From a virus (Duplodnaviria; Caudoviricetes), in IMG/VR virus record IMGVR_UViG_2974796119_000001, positions 14,834 through 78,833 of that record: a DNA stretch of 64,000 nt; one strand, written 5' to 3'. The position numbers were made by a program, and so were the translations under genes. This document shows, piece by piece, positions 48,401-56,297 of this stretch (its first letter is position 1; every line of letters starts with the position of its first letter). The notes below the pieces were generated by a model. It was not told the origin of the DNA. It saw only the letters and a program-made list of their open reading frames with translations, and did no database searches.

Positions 48401-49316
48401 AGAGTACGCTCAGTTCTCACAAGATCAAGAGGATTATTACTCTTTAAGATACACTTTAAAGAACTCTCCAACAGCAATGCCTGTAGGTATTTTAAAATCA
48501 GGTAAAGCAGAAATAACCATAGACCCAACTATTAACGTTGTTCAAGGTTCGTCTGCAACTGGAGGGGAAGGAGCTTTAAAGTTTGAAAGAGACGGTATTG
48601 TAACTATAAATAGCCAGTTTAGAGTGTTTAACGAAAAGAAAACAGCGTATAATACTCAGTTCTGGTGGTCGAAAGTTAGTGATGATGGGCAAGTTTTTAC
48701 AAAAATACAAGATTCAGATATTACCGCTTTGATTAATCCTACAGCAACAGGCACGGCAACTACTGGATTAAAAGCAATACCAGTAATAATGAAAATGCCA
48801 GAGTTCTCGTTGGAAGTTAAGGCAGGGGAAAGATTGGCTTTATTCGGTCAATCAGATGTGTTAGATGGTGCTTATATTATATCATATAGTCATGACAAAC
48901 CTTTAGTTGATACTAAAATTAATTATAAAGAAATAGTAGCCACTTCTGATGTTCCTAATACTGGAGAGATTTTAGACACGGATTTAAACCCCGATCATTT
49001 CTCAACGAATGAAACAACTGGTGAAGTTTCATTAACAGATGAAATAATAGGTTTAGATTTAAGTTCATTTGACAGGAAATCAGCACATCAAATAGTTGGA
49101 ATCAAAGATTTTACAAATTCAAGTTCAGTTACTATTCCTTTAGACGTACCTGTAGGAGTAACCGTAGCAGTATTATCTGTTCACCGAAAAACTGGAGACA
49201 GCATAAGGCCTATTGACGGAATAGATTATTCATACAATTCAACAAGTAAACAATTTAATTTTACATTAGGAGGGGTTTATACAGGTCAGATAATTTTAGG
49301 TTTTTATAAAAATTAA
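45402..49316 (+). CDS. large multi-domain fibre/decoration protein
   Basis: 1304 aa beta-rich; N-terminal THYAKYGAGGFEIVANDAER motif. Confidence 0.65.
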   Translation: MTTFTNNTPINSPITPGTDNRNTWATHYAKYGAGGFEIVANDAERNLISTDRLANKMIFNLETNKFNHYSQSAWVETTVDNVPPEVIADIKANSGEINRLKTHIGNNPDGIYSYRGKVAPTYPATAKEGYYISMYALQANPTRLNLPSGSLVSDTIFCLDNTDTNDTILLTAATGFNIGDLQASTINVPAGNMVFLVLDVQSGADDNWVLAFSGAIPNSLDGISSYIKTKLGGSLHTIAEIEAVLKDRLHTFNEIQKEFSNQLHTITELELNGFEKDTYEYGFVDNNVVPSDSSWLINQARIAEPTNIPAQNKGNKHLALAIPIIVEPLIEKLKVNDIDTVYISEYYTGGTIPRKILITNSPVDTSAIVKVEFQIGVNDVDINKLWDKGIQTNMVKYGFAKTYATALSDFDLKGDANIDETTNITAPAGSPILVLRVPRTLSLTIDTIEVGSTLQVGADSVEVNFGDKDYIFWKFSQPMTTDVSTTLHFNLYDKFPKSSDGGIGLKGDESTEVFIGITDLEMPNSIVESPQGESTTAIIKPYVKTTFPIDDEENPNANQEFKATAMQFLKPLKGFSDPNEQTGVVVEIDHNAYEEKHNSGMLTYLSYSEQLLGSHDDNLRYRKGAIWFDDIIINADGVGIVKDASKKSYGIQEYDGKDPNVTGGTDFLIAFRASFKGQAQNGGFIRLMLINSNATPVDTVADTYITNKDGGLMASERYYQQGEYLEDMEVLGIVTAKQLEEFKCVIITNITGGDIYLNDKEDGISGLMIQSLSSTEKTGQALVQYELDTKQDINFIQLYLGADRATFSYALTDDVAFKTMPINSYTDELNGWGYYAVAQNGFSIQNHYVEIDNDFNIHHIFNADETRALRGKLIKVTTELTNVQVGYTVALVKHIGTPNKYDPDIFKTRNQFAPVMESTWEIVDRNIINMTSSDTFHINIHNFTVPMDAVNYAIVIYPESDFGSAEIKLKELKVDVLNPFNAYYLHSTSKLNETHLTLDKEYAQFSQDQEDYYSLRYTLKNSPTAMPVGILKSGKAEITIDPTINVVQGSSATGGEGALKFERDGIVTINSQFRVFNEKKTAYNTQFWWSKVSDDGQVFTKIQDSDITALINPTATGTATTGLKAIPVIMKMPEFSLEVKAGERLALFGQSDVLDGAYIISYSHDKPLVDTKINYKEIVATSDVPNTGEILDTDLNPDHFSTNETTGEVSLTDEIIGLDLSSFDRKSAHQIVGIKDFTNSSSVTIPLDVPVGVTVAVLSVHRKTGDSIRPIDGIDYSYNSTSKQFNFTLGGVYTGQIILGFYKN

Positions 49317-49321
49317 AAAAT

Positions 49322-49906
49322 ATGTACACTAAAAAACACGATATAAAAAATATCACAGAAGCTTCTAGTAGTTGGCTATTACCGATTCCAACAAATGCTG
49401 TATTCCCTAGGGTTTTAGCTATATACGATGAAAATAAAAATCCTGTAAACTGGAAATACACATTGCATATAGAAAATTTACACCTAAAATTAGATTTTGG
49501 ATTTGATTCTTATATTGGATATGCTGTTTACGAATGGGATGAAGATTCAACAACTGATCCAACTAATCCGACAAACCCAAATATACCATGCGATAAAAAT
49601 CAACCTTACAATATTAATATTACTCAGCAAAACACAGGTAGCAATCAAAGTTCACAAAACAATGAAATAAAACCTTTTTATAAAAGAGTAGAGATTAATA
49701 ACTCAACAGAAACAGAAATTAATAACCCTAGTATTTATAGCGTAAATGTAAAAGTTTATTCACTAGAAAGTGATACCGCAGAAAAAAAAATATATAAAGA
49801 CATAACTGAAAGTATAGAAATTTTACACTCAATAAATACTTCTAATCAGAAATTTATAACTGTAAAATCAATTATACCAATAACCGGATTTATCGAATTA
49901 TTTTAA
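49322..49906 (+). CDS. fibre-associated small beta-domain protein
   Basis: two short beta domains joined by a Pro/Thr/Asn linker. Confidence 0.6.
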   Translation: MYTKKHDIKNITEASSSWLLPIPTNAVFPRVLAIYDENKNPVNWKYTLHIENLHLKLDFGFDSYIGYAVYEWDEDSTTDPTNPTNPNIPCDKNQPYNINITQQNTGSNQSSQNNEIKPFYKRVEINNSTETEINNPSIYSVNVKVYSLESDTAEKKIYKDITESIEILHSINTSNQKFITVKSIIPITGFIELF

Positions 49907-49925
49907 CCATTAATATATATATACC

Positions 49926-50906
49926 ATGAAACAAATGAATGTAAAGTTTTCGTTCCCAGTAGGAATAGAAACAACAAAAAACGCTTTATTAGACCATGAA
50001 GTACCTAACTTATCTCAGATTAATAGTTTAATCCAGGGTAATATTTCTCACAAAGTACCTGTAAAAGTAGAAGCCCATACAAATATTGATATTGCTACTG
50101 GAGGATTATTTACTCAAGACTCTTACGCTATACAAGATGGTGATCGTGTTTTATTAGTAAGTCAAACAAATCCTGTAGAAAACGGTATTTATATTGCTGG
50201 TACAGGAACATGGACTAGAGCTACTGATGCTGATGAACAATCTGAATTAAAACCACATACTACTGTAGTAGTTACTGAAGGAGATCACACAGGTCGTGTA
50301 TTTTCTTTAATAAACACTTCTTCTCCAGTAGTAGGTACAGACCCTCAGAATTGGATATTAAAAAATATTATTATTACCTCGGCAGATGAAATTTCAGTTG
50401 ATGAAAGTAACTTAACTAGTATTTCTGGAGCAAATCAGCAAGTTTTAAATGAAAGCATTAACAATAAGATTGACCTTATTGATGCAAAACAATTACAAGA
50501 TTCTCAAGATATTTATAGTGCTTTAGGACTTGTTACTGGCGAAGACAATTATGGCCCTTTTACTGGAACATTATTACCTTTAAATTCAGATTCTAAACAA
50601 TTATTTCAAGTATTAGAAACAGCAGTTGAAACAGCACAATCTACGGCTGTTTCCGCTAGCAACTCTTACAACTTTAATAAATCTGTAAGCTCTACATTTC
50701 CTTTAGCTAGTGGGGCATGGAACACGGTTTTGCATAACTTTAATGAGCAGTTTGTATCTAGTGTTCAAGTTTTTGATGAAAACAACAGCAACATGAGTAT
50801 TACTGATAGCATCCAATGGCGACCAAAATTAGGAGACAATAACGCTATTGAAATTTATCAAGAAAGCGGTTCTGCAATGACAGCTACAATAGTAGTTCGT
50901 AAATAA
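49926..50906 (+). CDS. phage fibre protein
   Basis: DGDRVLLVSQTNPVENGIYIAGTGTWTRATDAD conserved fibre domain. Confidence 0.75.
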   Translation: MKQMNVKFSFPVGIETTKNALLDHEVPNLSQINSLIQGNISHKVPVKVEAHTNIDIATGGLFTQDSYAIQDGDRVLLVSQTNPVENGIYIAGTGTWTRATDADEQSELKPHTTVVVTEGDHTGRVFSLINTSSPVVGTDPQNWILKNIIITSADEISVDESNLTSISGANQQVLNESINNKIDLIDAKQLQDSQDIYSALGLVTGEDNYGPFTGTLLPLNSDSKQLFQVLETAVETAQSTAVSASNSYNFNKSVSSTFPLASGAWNTVLHNFNEQFVSSVQVFDENNSNMSITDSIQWRPKLGDNNAIEIYQESGSAMTATIVVRK

Positions 50907-50927
50907 TACATTTTTACAGCAATTATT

Positions 50928-50958
50928 AAAGGAGCTATTTATTTAGCTCCTTTTTTTT
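50928..50958. terminator. terminator between convergent genes
   Basis: AAAGGAGCTA-TTTATT-TAGCTCCTTT plus T-run. Confidence 0.8.
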
Positions 50959-51295
50959 ATTCTAATACATAACCAACAATAACACCAACCACATCACCAG
51001 GAAGATATATTTTACTTTTTTCGTTTTCATATTCCGCTAAATTCCTTATAGTTCCTTTTAAAATAGATTGATAAAAAGAAGGAGTTAATAGATCCGTAGA
51101 AAATATAACTTCAAGATTATCTCTATCTATAATTGTAGGTTTTAAAACAAGGTCTTTGTATTTTATATCATTAACACATGATACAGCACCGTAAACGTTT
51201 TCATCACAATCTAATCTTACTTTATACACAATAGAATTAAATGTAAAATCAACACTTTCAGCGATTAATCTAATCGTTTTTTTAAAGACTGGCAT
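50957..51295 (-). CDS. hypothetical protein
   Basis: 112-aa ORF. Confidence 0.6.
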   Translation of the reverse strand: MPVFKKTIRLIAESVDFTFNSIVYKVRLDCDENVYGAVSCVNDIKYKDLVLKPTIIDRDNLEVIFSTDLLTPSFYQSILKGTIRNLAEYENEKSKIYLPGDVVGVIVGYVLE

Positions 51296-51639
51296 ATTTT
51301 ATACAGGTTAAATTTTTTAGGTTTTAAATATGATGGAGGATAATTATAAACAGAACTATAATTAGATATATAATGGAGGTTATTTACCCTTACAACACTT
51401 TCTAACTCTCTTTTTTTTCTTAAACGACTATTAAAATCAAGTATAGAAAAAACTTTATCTACAGAATAAAAATAAAGCAATGGTTCAAAATCATAAAGCC
51501 TTTTATAGCTTTTTGGCTCCATATAATAAATAACATTACTCCCTAAATATTCTGCTTTTAATTTGTATGACTGAATTTTAGTATCATAAATCTTACCTTC
51601 TTTTATTAAAAAACCATATTTAATCAAGACTTCCACCAT
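51265..51639 (-). CDS. hypothetical protein
   Basis: 124-aa ORF downstream of a minus-strand promoter. Confidence 0.6.
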   Translation of the reverse strand: MVEVLIKYGFLIKEGKIYDTKIQSYKLKAEYLGSNVIYYMEPKSYKRLYDFEPLLYFYSVDKVFSILDFNSRLRKKRELESVVRVNNLHYISNYSSVYNYPPSYLKPKKFNLYKICQSLKKRLD

Positions 51640-51655
51640 ATAAACACTTATTTTA

Positions 51656-51717
51656 TTATTTCTATAACAAATATATTCTTTTTTATTTTCTATACCTAAT
51701 ATATTATATTAGATTTG
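51656..51717. promoter_or_regulatory. divergent promoters with tandem direct repeats
   Basis: minus TATATTTG (51668-51675), plus TAGATTTG (51710-51717); repeats at 51656-51677 and 51683-51705. Confidence 0.6.
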
Positions 51718-51722
51718 CATAT

Positions 51723-51932
51723 ATGTCAGAAGGAAACAACACAAGCGTTTATTTAAAATTTAAGTTCAGGGATGAACTAGATGAATACGCAATAAATAAT
51801 GGATTTACCTACGGAAAGAACAAACCCAATAGGTCAAAGGCTTTAGTGTCTTTAGCTAAAAAAGAATTGAATAGAATTAATGCAGATAAAAGAATAATAG
51901 AAAAGTATAATGGAGAAAAAAAAAGAAGTTAA
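51723..51932 (+). CDS. ribbon-helix-helix-like regulator
   Basis: beta strand TSVYLK, helix, NRSKALVSLAKKEL. Confidence 0.55.
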   Translation: MSEGNNTSVYLKFKFRDELDEYAINNGFTYGKNKPNRSKALVSLAKKELNRINADKRIIEKYNGEKKRS

Positions 51933-52251
51933 GCAAGTTACTAACAAGAGTGTAAAAGTTAGAAGTTTTGAAGTTATTGAAAAGGAACCAATATTTGATG
52001 TTCCTAAATGGAAACTTAGAATAGCTAAAATTTTTAAAATACCGGTATCTAAAAAATTTAGATATGCTTTTAAAATTAATTACTACGGAAGTGAAAGATT
52101 AAAGCCTAGTGATGTAATTACCGATGAAAAAGGAAATATCTATACAGTTCTTAAAGAAATGAATAGAATGGCAATGATACTAACATATAAGCCAATGGAT
52201 CACAAACCAAACCTAAACTGTACATTAAAAATTCAAGGAAGAGAAAAATAA
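51910..52251 (+). CDS. hypothetical protein
   Basis: 113-aa ORF. Confidence 0.7.
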   Translation: MEKKKEVKQVTNKSVKVRSFEVIEKEPIFDVPKWKLRIAKIFKIPVSKKFRYAFKINYYGSERLKPSDVITDEKGNIYTVLKEMNRMAMILTYKPMDHKPNLNCTLKIQGREK

Positions 52252-52256
52252 TAATT

Positions 52257-52493
52257 ATGGCTAAAGAAAGATTTGAAGTTATTAACGATATGCACATTAA
52301 CGACAAAAAAGAAAACACTACATACGTTGGTGTTTCGCCAAGTTTTGTTGAAGGTAAAAAAGTACCACAAGGAGGTATTGTATCTATGGGAGTTCCTCAT
52401 GAGCAATTATTAGAGATAAATAACGGTAAAAGATTTCCTATATTATTATTAGTAGACAAAAAAGAATACACAAGAAGAATATCACAAATTTAA
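52257..52493 (+). CDS. hypothetical protein
   Basis: 78-aa ORF. Confidence 0.7.
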   Translation: MAKERFEVINDMHINDKKENTTYVGVSPSFVEGKKVPQGGIVSMGVPHEQLLEINNGKRFPILLLVDKKEYTRRISQI

Positions 52494-52498
52494 AAAAG

Positions 52499-52936
52499 AT
52501 GGCTAAAGAAAGTTTAAGTGTTAAGATTAAAGTGTTAGACCCAAAAGCGGTTTTACCAAAATACGCTAAAGATGGTGATGCAGGAATGGATTTAACTGCT
52601 ATTAGCGTAGAGCAAGTTGGTTCTCAAGAATTAAAATATAGTTTTGGATTAGCTTTTGAAATACCTAAAGGATATGTAGGTTATGTATTTCCAAGATCAA
52701 GTTGTTACAATAAAAATCAATCACTTACTAATTGTGTTGGTGTTATTGATAGTGGGTATAGAGGTGAAGTATCTGCTGTTTTTAGAAGCTCAACTCATAA
52801 TGTAGGTTCTTATAAGGTTGGTGATAGAGTAGCACAAATAATTATAATGCCAATACCATACGTTACTTTTGAAGAAGTTGAAGAACTTTCTGATACTGAA
52901 AGAGGAACTGGAGGTTATGGAAGTACAGGAAATTAA
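52499..52936 (+). CDS. dut: trimeric dUTPase
   Basis: AGMDL, PRSS, GVIDSGYRGEV, DRVAQII, RGTGGYGSTG motifs. Confidence 0.97.
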   Translation: MAKESLSVKIKVLDPKAVLPKYAKDGDAGMDLTAISVEQVGSQELKYSFGLAFEIPKGYVGYVFPRSSCYNKNQSLTNCVGVIDSGYRGEVSAVFRSSTHNVGSYKVGDRVAQIIIMPIPYVTFEEVEELSDTERGTGGYGSTGN

Positions 52937-52953
52937 TTAAAAACAATCATAAA

Positions 52954-53337
52954 ATGAAAACAGGATTAAAAATAGTAGGTGTATTAATTTTAATAGTAAT
53001 ATTCTCATTAATATTTAAAACTTGTTCAGCAGCAACAGGAGTATTTGGTAAAGTTGTAAACTCAGATAACATCATAGAAAGCTATGAAGAATATGAAGAA
53101 ATGTATTCAACTTGTAACAAGATTTGCGATGATTTAAGAGTATTAAATCTAACAGACGACAAAACATACAGTATCGATGCAAGTTTTAGCAAAGGAGAGC
53201 GAATTATTGCTTTAGAAAACAAAATTAACCGTTGGGTTAGAGAGTATAATGCTAAATCAAGAATGTTTAGGAAAAATATGTGGAAATCAAGGGAGTTGCC
53301 TTATCAGCTTTCTAGAAATGATTTCATGTGTAAATAA
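52954..53337 (+). CDS. membrane-anchored helical protein (LemA-like)
   Basis: N-terminal TM; EYNAKSR motif. Confidence 0.5.
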   Translation: MKTGLKIVGVLILIVIFSLIFKTCSAATGVFGKVVNSDNIIESYEEYEEMYSTCNKICDDLRVLNLTDDKTYSIDASFSKGERIIALENKINRWVREYNAKSRMFRKNMWKSRELPYQLSRNDFMCK

Positions 53338-53363
53338 GTAAGTAATTTAAAATAGAAATAAGA

Positions 53364-53945
53364 ATGAAAAATTTATTTAGAGTATTATCAGCAGTATTAT
53401 TAATGGGGTTCTTGATGTCAGCAGAAGGTTGTGAAGGACAAAGAAGTTCTAAAAACAACAATTCAGCTAAACAAGAACAAGTTAGAACTGAAAAAAACCA
53501 ACAACAATTAAACAGAAAACAACCTGCTCCTAATGTATCATGGTCTTTAGAAAGAGATAACTTAATCAATCGATTCAAATTAATGAACGATAGAACGGTA
53601 TCGATGTATATGTATGTATTTATTGAGGGAGTTGGAACACCAATAGGTTATTACATTGTAAACAAAGTATCTTCTGTAAATTCTCAATTAACTAATCCTA
53701 ATCAATTAGTAAGAGGTGATTTGGGTTCTCATTATGGAGATTTTGTTTTAGATTCACCTGCAGAAGATGGATCATACGGAACAAATGGTGATGCCATATT
53801 TGGATTTACACCAGATGGATTATATATGGAACATAATATGAAATACATTGTTGCAACAGCTCCATTAAAATTTAAAAACGTTCCAATGATTGGCGAAATA
53901 AGCATTGATATTTCTAAAAATCTAAAAAGACAATTAGGTAAATAA
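53364..53945 (+). CDS. putative lipoprotein
   Basis: signal peptide with AEG-C; PAEDGSYG motif. Confidence 0.6.
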   Translation: MKNLFRVLSAVLLMGFLMSAEGCEGQRSSKNNNSAKQEQVRTEKNQQQLNRKQPAPNVSWSLERDNLINRFKLMNDRTVSMYMYVFIEGVGTPIGYYIVNKVSSVNSQLTNPNQLVRGDLGSHYGDFVLDSPAEDGSYGTNGDAIFGFTPDGLYMEHNMKYIVATAPLKFKNVPMIGEISIDISKNLKRQLGK

Positions 53946-53952
53946 CAACAAA

Positions 53953-54063
53953 GAAAGGTAAAGCTAACAGGTCAAGCTACAGATGGTAATATCTGTGAAG
54001 TACAGGTTCGAGTCCTGTTTAAGTCTAGGTAGTACATGGCGGGTTCGAATCCCGCTACCTTTC
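53953..54063 (+). ncRNA. tRNA-like RNA with two TPsiC arms
   Basis: GAAAGGTA/TACCTTTC outer stem; D-like AGCT/AGCT; ACAGAT/ATCTGT arm; T-arms ACAGG-TTCGAGT-CCTGT and GCGGG-TTCGAAT-CCCGC. Confidence 0.6.
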
Positions 54064-54093
54064 CTAAATAAATAATAACAATAAACAAAAACT

Positions 54094-54459
54094 ATGGAAG
54101 TTATAGGGAAGATTAAATTAATTAACGAAACACAAACATTTGGAGCTAGCGGATTTAGAAAACGTGAATTAGTTGTTACTACAGATGAGCAATATCCACA
54201 AATGATTATGATTGAATTTGTACAGGATAAATGTGATGTTTTAAATAGTTATGCTGTTGGTCAAGATGTAAAAGTATCTATTAATTTAAGAGGTAGAGAG
54301 TGGATTAATCCAGAAGGAGTTGCGAAATACTTTAACTCTATTCAAGGATGGAGAATTGAAAACATGACACAATCACAAGGACAAGATGTGCCACCTGCAG
54401 ATCAGTTTCAGCCAGGACCAGATTTATCAGCTAACGAACCAGATGATTTACCGTTCTAA
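54094..54459 (+). CDS. DUF3127 family OB-fold protein (SSB-like)
   Basis: FRKRELVVTTDEQYPQ...VSINLRGREW...YFNSIQGWRIE; acidic DDLPF tail. Confidence 0.9.
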   Translation: MEVIGKIKLINETQTFGASGFRKRELVVTTDEQYPQMIMIEFVQDKCDVLNSYAVGQDVKVSINLRGREWINPEGVAKYFNSIQGWRIENMTQSQGQDVPPADQFQPGPDLSANEPDDLPF

Positions 54460-54515
54460 TTATCAAGTAGTTAGCTTTACAAATATAGGTTAAATTACAA
54501 CACAAACAACAAATT

Positions 54516-54590
54516 ATTATAGGGTTTGCATTTAGAGTTAAATCACTCAATCACTTGGGGGCAATAATTGAGGTTGCAAACCTTTATAAT
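54516..54590 (+). promoter_or_regulatory. long intergenic hairpin
   Basis: ATTATAGGGTTTGCA / TGCAAACCTTTATAAT with inner CTCAAT/ATTGAG. Confidence 0.5.
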
Positions 54591-54607
54591 ATTAAAAATA
54601 GAAACAA

Positions 54608-54892
54608 ATGGATAAGAAGCAAACACCAACTGAGATTAAAGCACAAGCAAAAGCAAAAGAGTTAGTGCTTAAATACAATAGATTAGTATATCCATATTTC
54701 GGAAGTAGTATGCTAACTAATGAAACAGATGAAGGCGTTATACTACATAACTCTAAAGAATGTTCCTTGATACTATGCGATCAAATGATAGAGACTTTAA
54801 GTTCAATGAAGGGAATGGCAAGAATAAGTAAAAATACTTTCTGGAAACGTGTTAAAGAAATTTTAGAAGATGGCGACAATAAAGAAGTGTAA
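54608..54892 (+). CDS. hypothetical protein
   Basis: similar pattern to 4870-5079. Confidence 0.7.
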   Translation: MDKKQTPTEIKAQAKAKELVLKYNRLVYPYFGSSMLTNETDEGVILHNSKECSLILCDQMIETLSSMKGMARISKNTFWKRVKEILEDGDNKEV

Positions 54893-55616
54893 AGGTCAAG
54901 GCAAAGCTAAATCGTATGGCTGTGGGGTTGAATTACCTTATTCAGAAAACAATGGCTTAAAAACGTATAAAGCGAAGTATGGGCTTGGTTTAGATTGCAA
55001 GTGTTATTATACATGGCTTTACAGTTCTGAGGAAGGTTCTAAAATAGTTTCGTCTTTAGCTTTAAAAGCAAAAAAGGAAGTTGCTGAAAAATCTAAAAAG
55101 GAGGATAGTGAAAGGATGCAGAAAATGAAAATAGATTCTATGTCTCCAGATAAATATAGAGCTAAATATGTTCAGCCTTTAATTAACAAAATAGCACGTT
55201 ATATAGACCATGGTAACCCATGTACTCCTACCGGTAATTATGAGGGTAAAATGGCGGGGGGCCATTATACAAGTGTTGGAGCGAACAGAACTATTTGTTT
55301 GAATCTACATAATATTTTCATACAGAGTTTTGCTTCTAATAGTTGGAAAGGCGGTGATGATAAAAAATACAGAGCTGCTTTAGAAAGAATATTCGGACTA
55401 AAGTATCTTGAATTTGTGGAGGGATTAAATTCACATAGGTCAATTCAGCTAAGGAAGCCTCAACTAATTGAAATAAAAGAAAAGGCCGAGAAAATAGCAC
55501 TTCATTTAAAGAAAAATTTACAAGTATTAAGTTCAGAACAAAGAATAGAAGTTCGAAATACTATAAATGTAGAATTAGGAATTTATGACGAAGGGTATTG
55601 TCAGTTTATAAAATAA
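54870..55616 (+). CDS. NinG/Rap-like protein with N-terminal Cys domain
   Basis: QPLINKIARYID.G.PC...GGHY.SVGA...LHNIFIQ. Confidence 0.7.
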   Translation: MATIKKCKGQGKAKSYGCGVELPYSENNGLKTYKAKYGLGLDCKCYYTWLYSSEEGSKIVSSLALKAKKEVAEKSKKEDSERMQKMKIDSMSPDKYRAKYVQPLINKIARYIDHGNPCTPTGNYEGKMAGGHYTSVGANRTICLNLHNIFIQSFASNSWKGGDDKKYRAALERIFGLKYLEFVEGLNSHRSIQLRKPQLIEIKEKAEKIALHLKKNLQVLSSEQRIEVRNTINVELGIYDEGYCQFIK

Positions 55617-55629
55617 AACAACTATAATC

Positions 55630-56142
55630 ATGTACAAGGAAATATTTAAGAGTGGGCTAAACGATAAGTCTTTAGCAGCTGCAGGAGAATATGCTTTAGT
55701 AAAGGTTATGTACGGTGTTAATCATAGAGAAAAAATAAGACAAATATTTGAGCTTTATAATGAAAAAGGTATTATTCTAAAAGAATCAAATGAAAAAAGT
55801 GATGTTTTAGAGTATTTCAAAAAACCAAATAACACTTATGACTTGATTAAAGAATCTCTTAAAATAAAACCTATTGTTAAAGTTCCTACAGCAGAACTAC
55901 ATATTATTCATAAAGACGGTTCCATAGATATTAAGCATTACCCTACTAAAAGTGATTCATACGATGGTTCCAAAATAAACAATCTTTACATAAACGATGA
56001 AGTGGGTCATTGGTCCGATCCTAAATTAGCTAATCTACCTTCTTTTGGTGTAGGATGGACAGCAAACCCTAAATACGTATCAGGAATAGACCCATACGAT
56101 ATAAACGATGAAGAGTCTAAAGGAAGTTTAAAATATAAATAA
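55630..56142 (+). CDS. mini-protein containing terminase Walker B and nuclease motif fragments
   Basis: aa 101-128 are 16/28 identical to TerL aa 292-319; GIDPYDI...GS resembles TerL GVDSYDI...GS. Confidence 0.75.
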   Translation: MYKEIFKSGLNDKSLAAAGEYALVKVMYGVNHREKIRQIFELYNEKGIILKESNEKSDVLEYFKKPNNTYDLIKESLKIKPIVKVPTAELHIIHKDGSIDIKHYPTKSDSYDGSKINNLYINDEVGHWSDPKLANLPSFGVGWTANPKYVSGIDPYDINDEESKGSLKYK

Positions 56143-56144
56143 TA

Positions 56145-56297
56145 ATGGCAGTACCGGAAGAATACCTTTACTATCCAAACGGACAAAAGAAAGCTGTACT
56201 AGTTCATATTTTACGAGACTCAGAATGTCCTTGTACCTGGGAAGAAGATGGTAATCACTTCACAGATGGAATTAAAATTTATAAAAGATTAGGATAA
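56145..56297 (+). CDS. 50-aa ORF missing from the ORF track
   Basis: MAVPEEYLYYPNGQKK...; stop overlaps the next ATG. Confidence 0.6.
   Translation: MAVPEEYLYYPNGQKKAVLVHILRDSECPCTWEEDGNHFTDGIKIYKRLG

Noticed and set aside
8629-49461. Numerous 60-160 aa minus-strand ORFs inside structural genes
   Set aside because: Fully overlap long plus-strand genes and show antisense-shadow composition; no promoters or leaders.
51910-52251. Capsid insertion-domain fragment (LKPSDVITDEKG)
   Set aside because: Too short and generic to support.
55630-55790. Portal-like N-terminus in the mini-terminase (REKIRQIFELYN)
   Set aside because: No convincing alignment to this phage's portal by eye; left for profile search.
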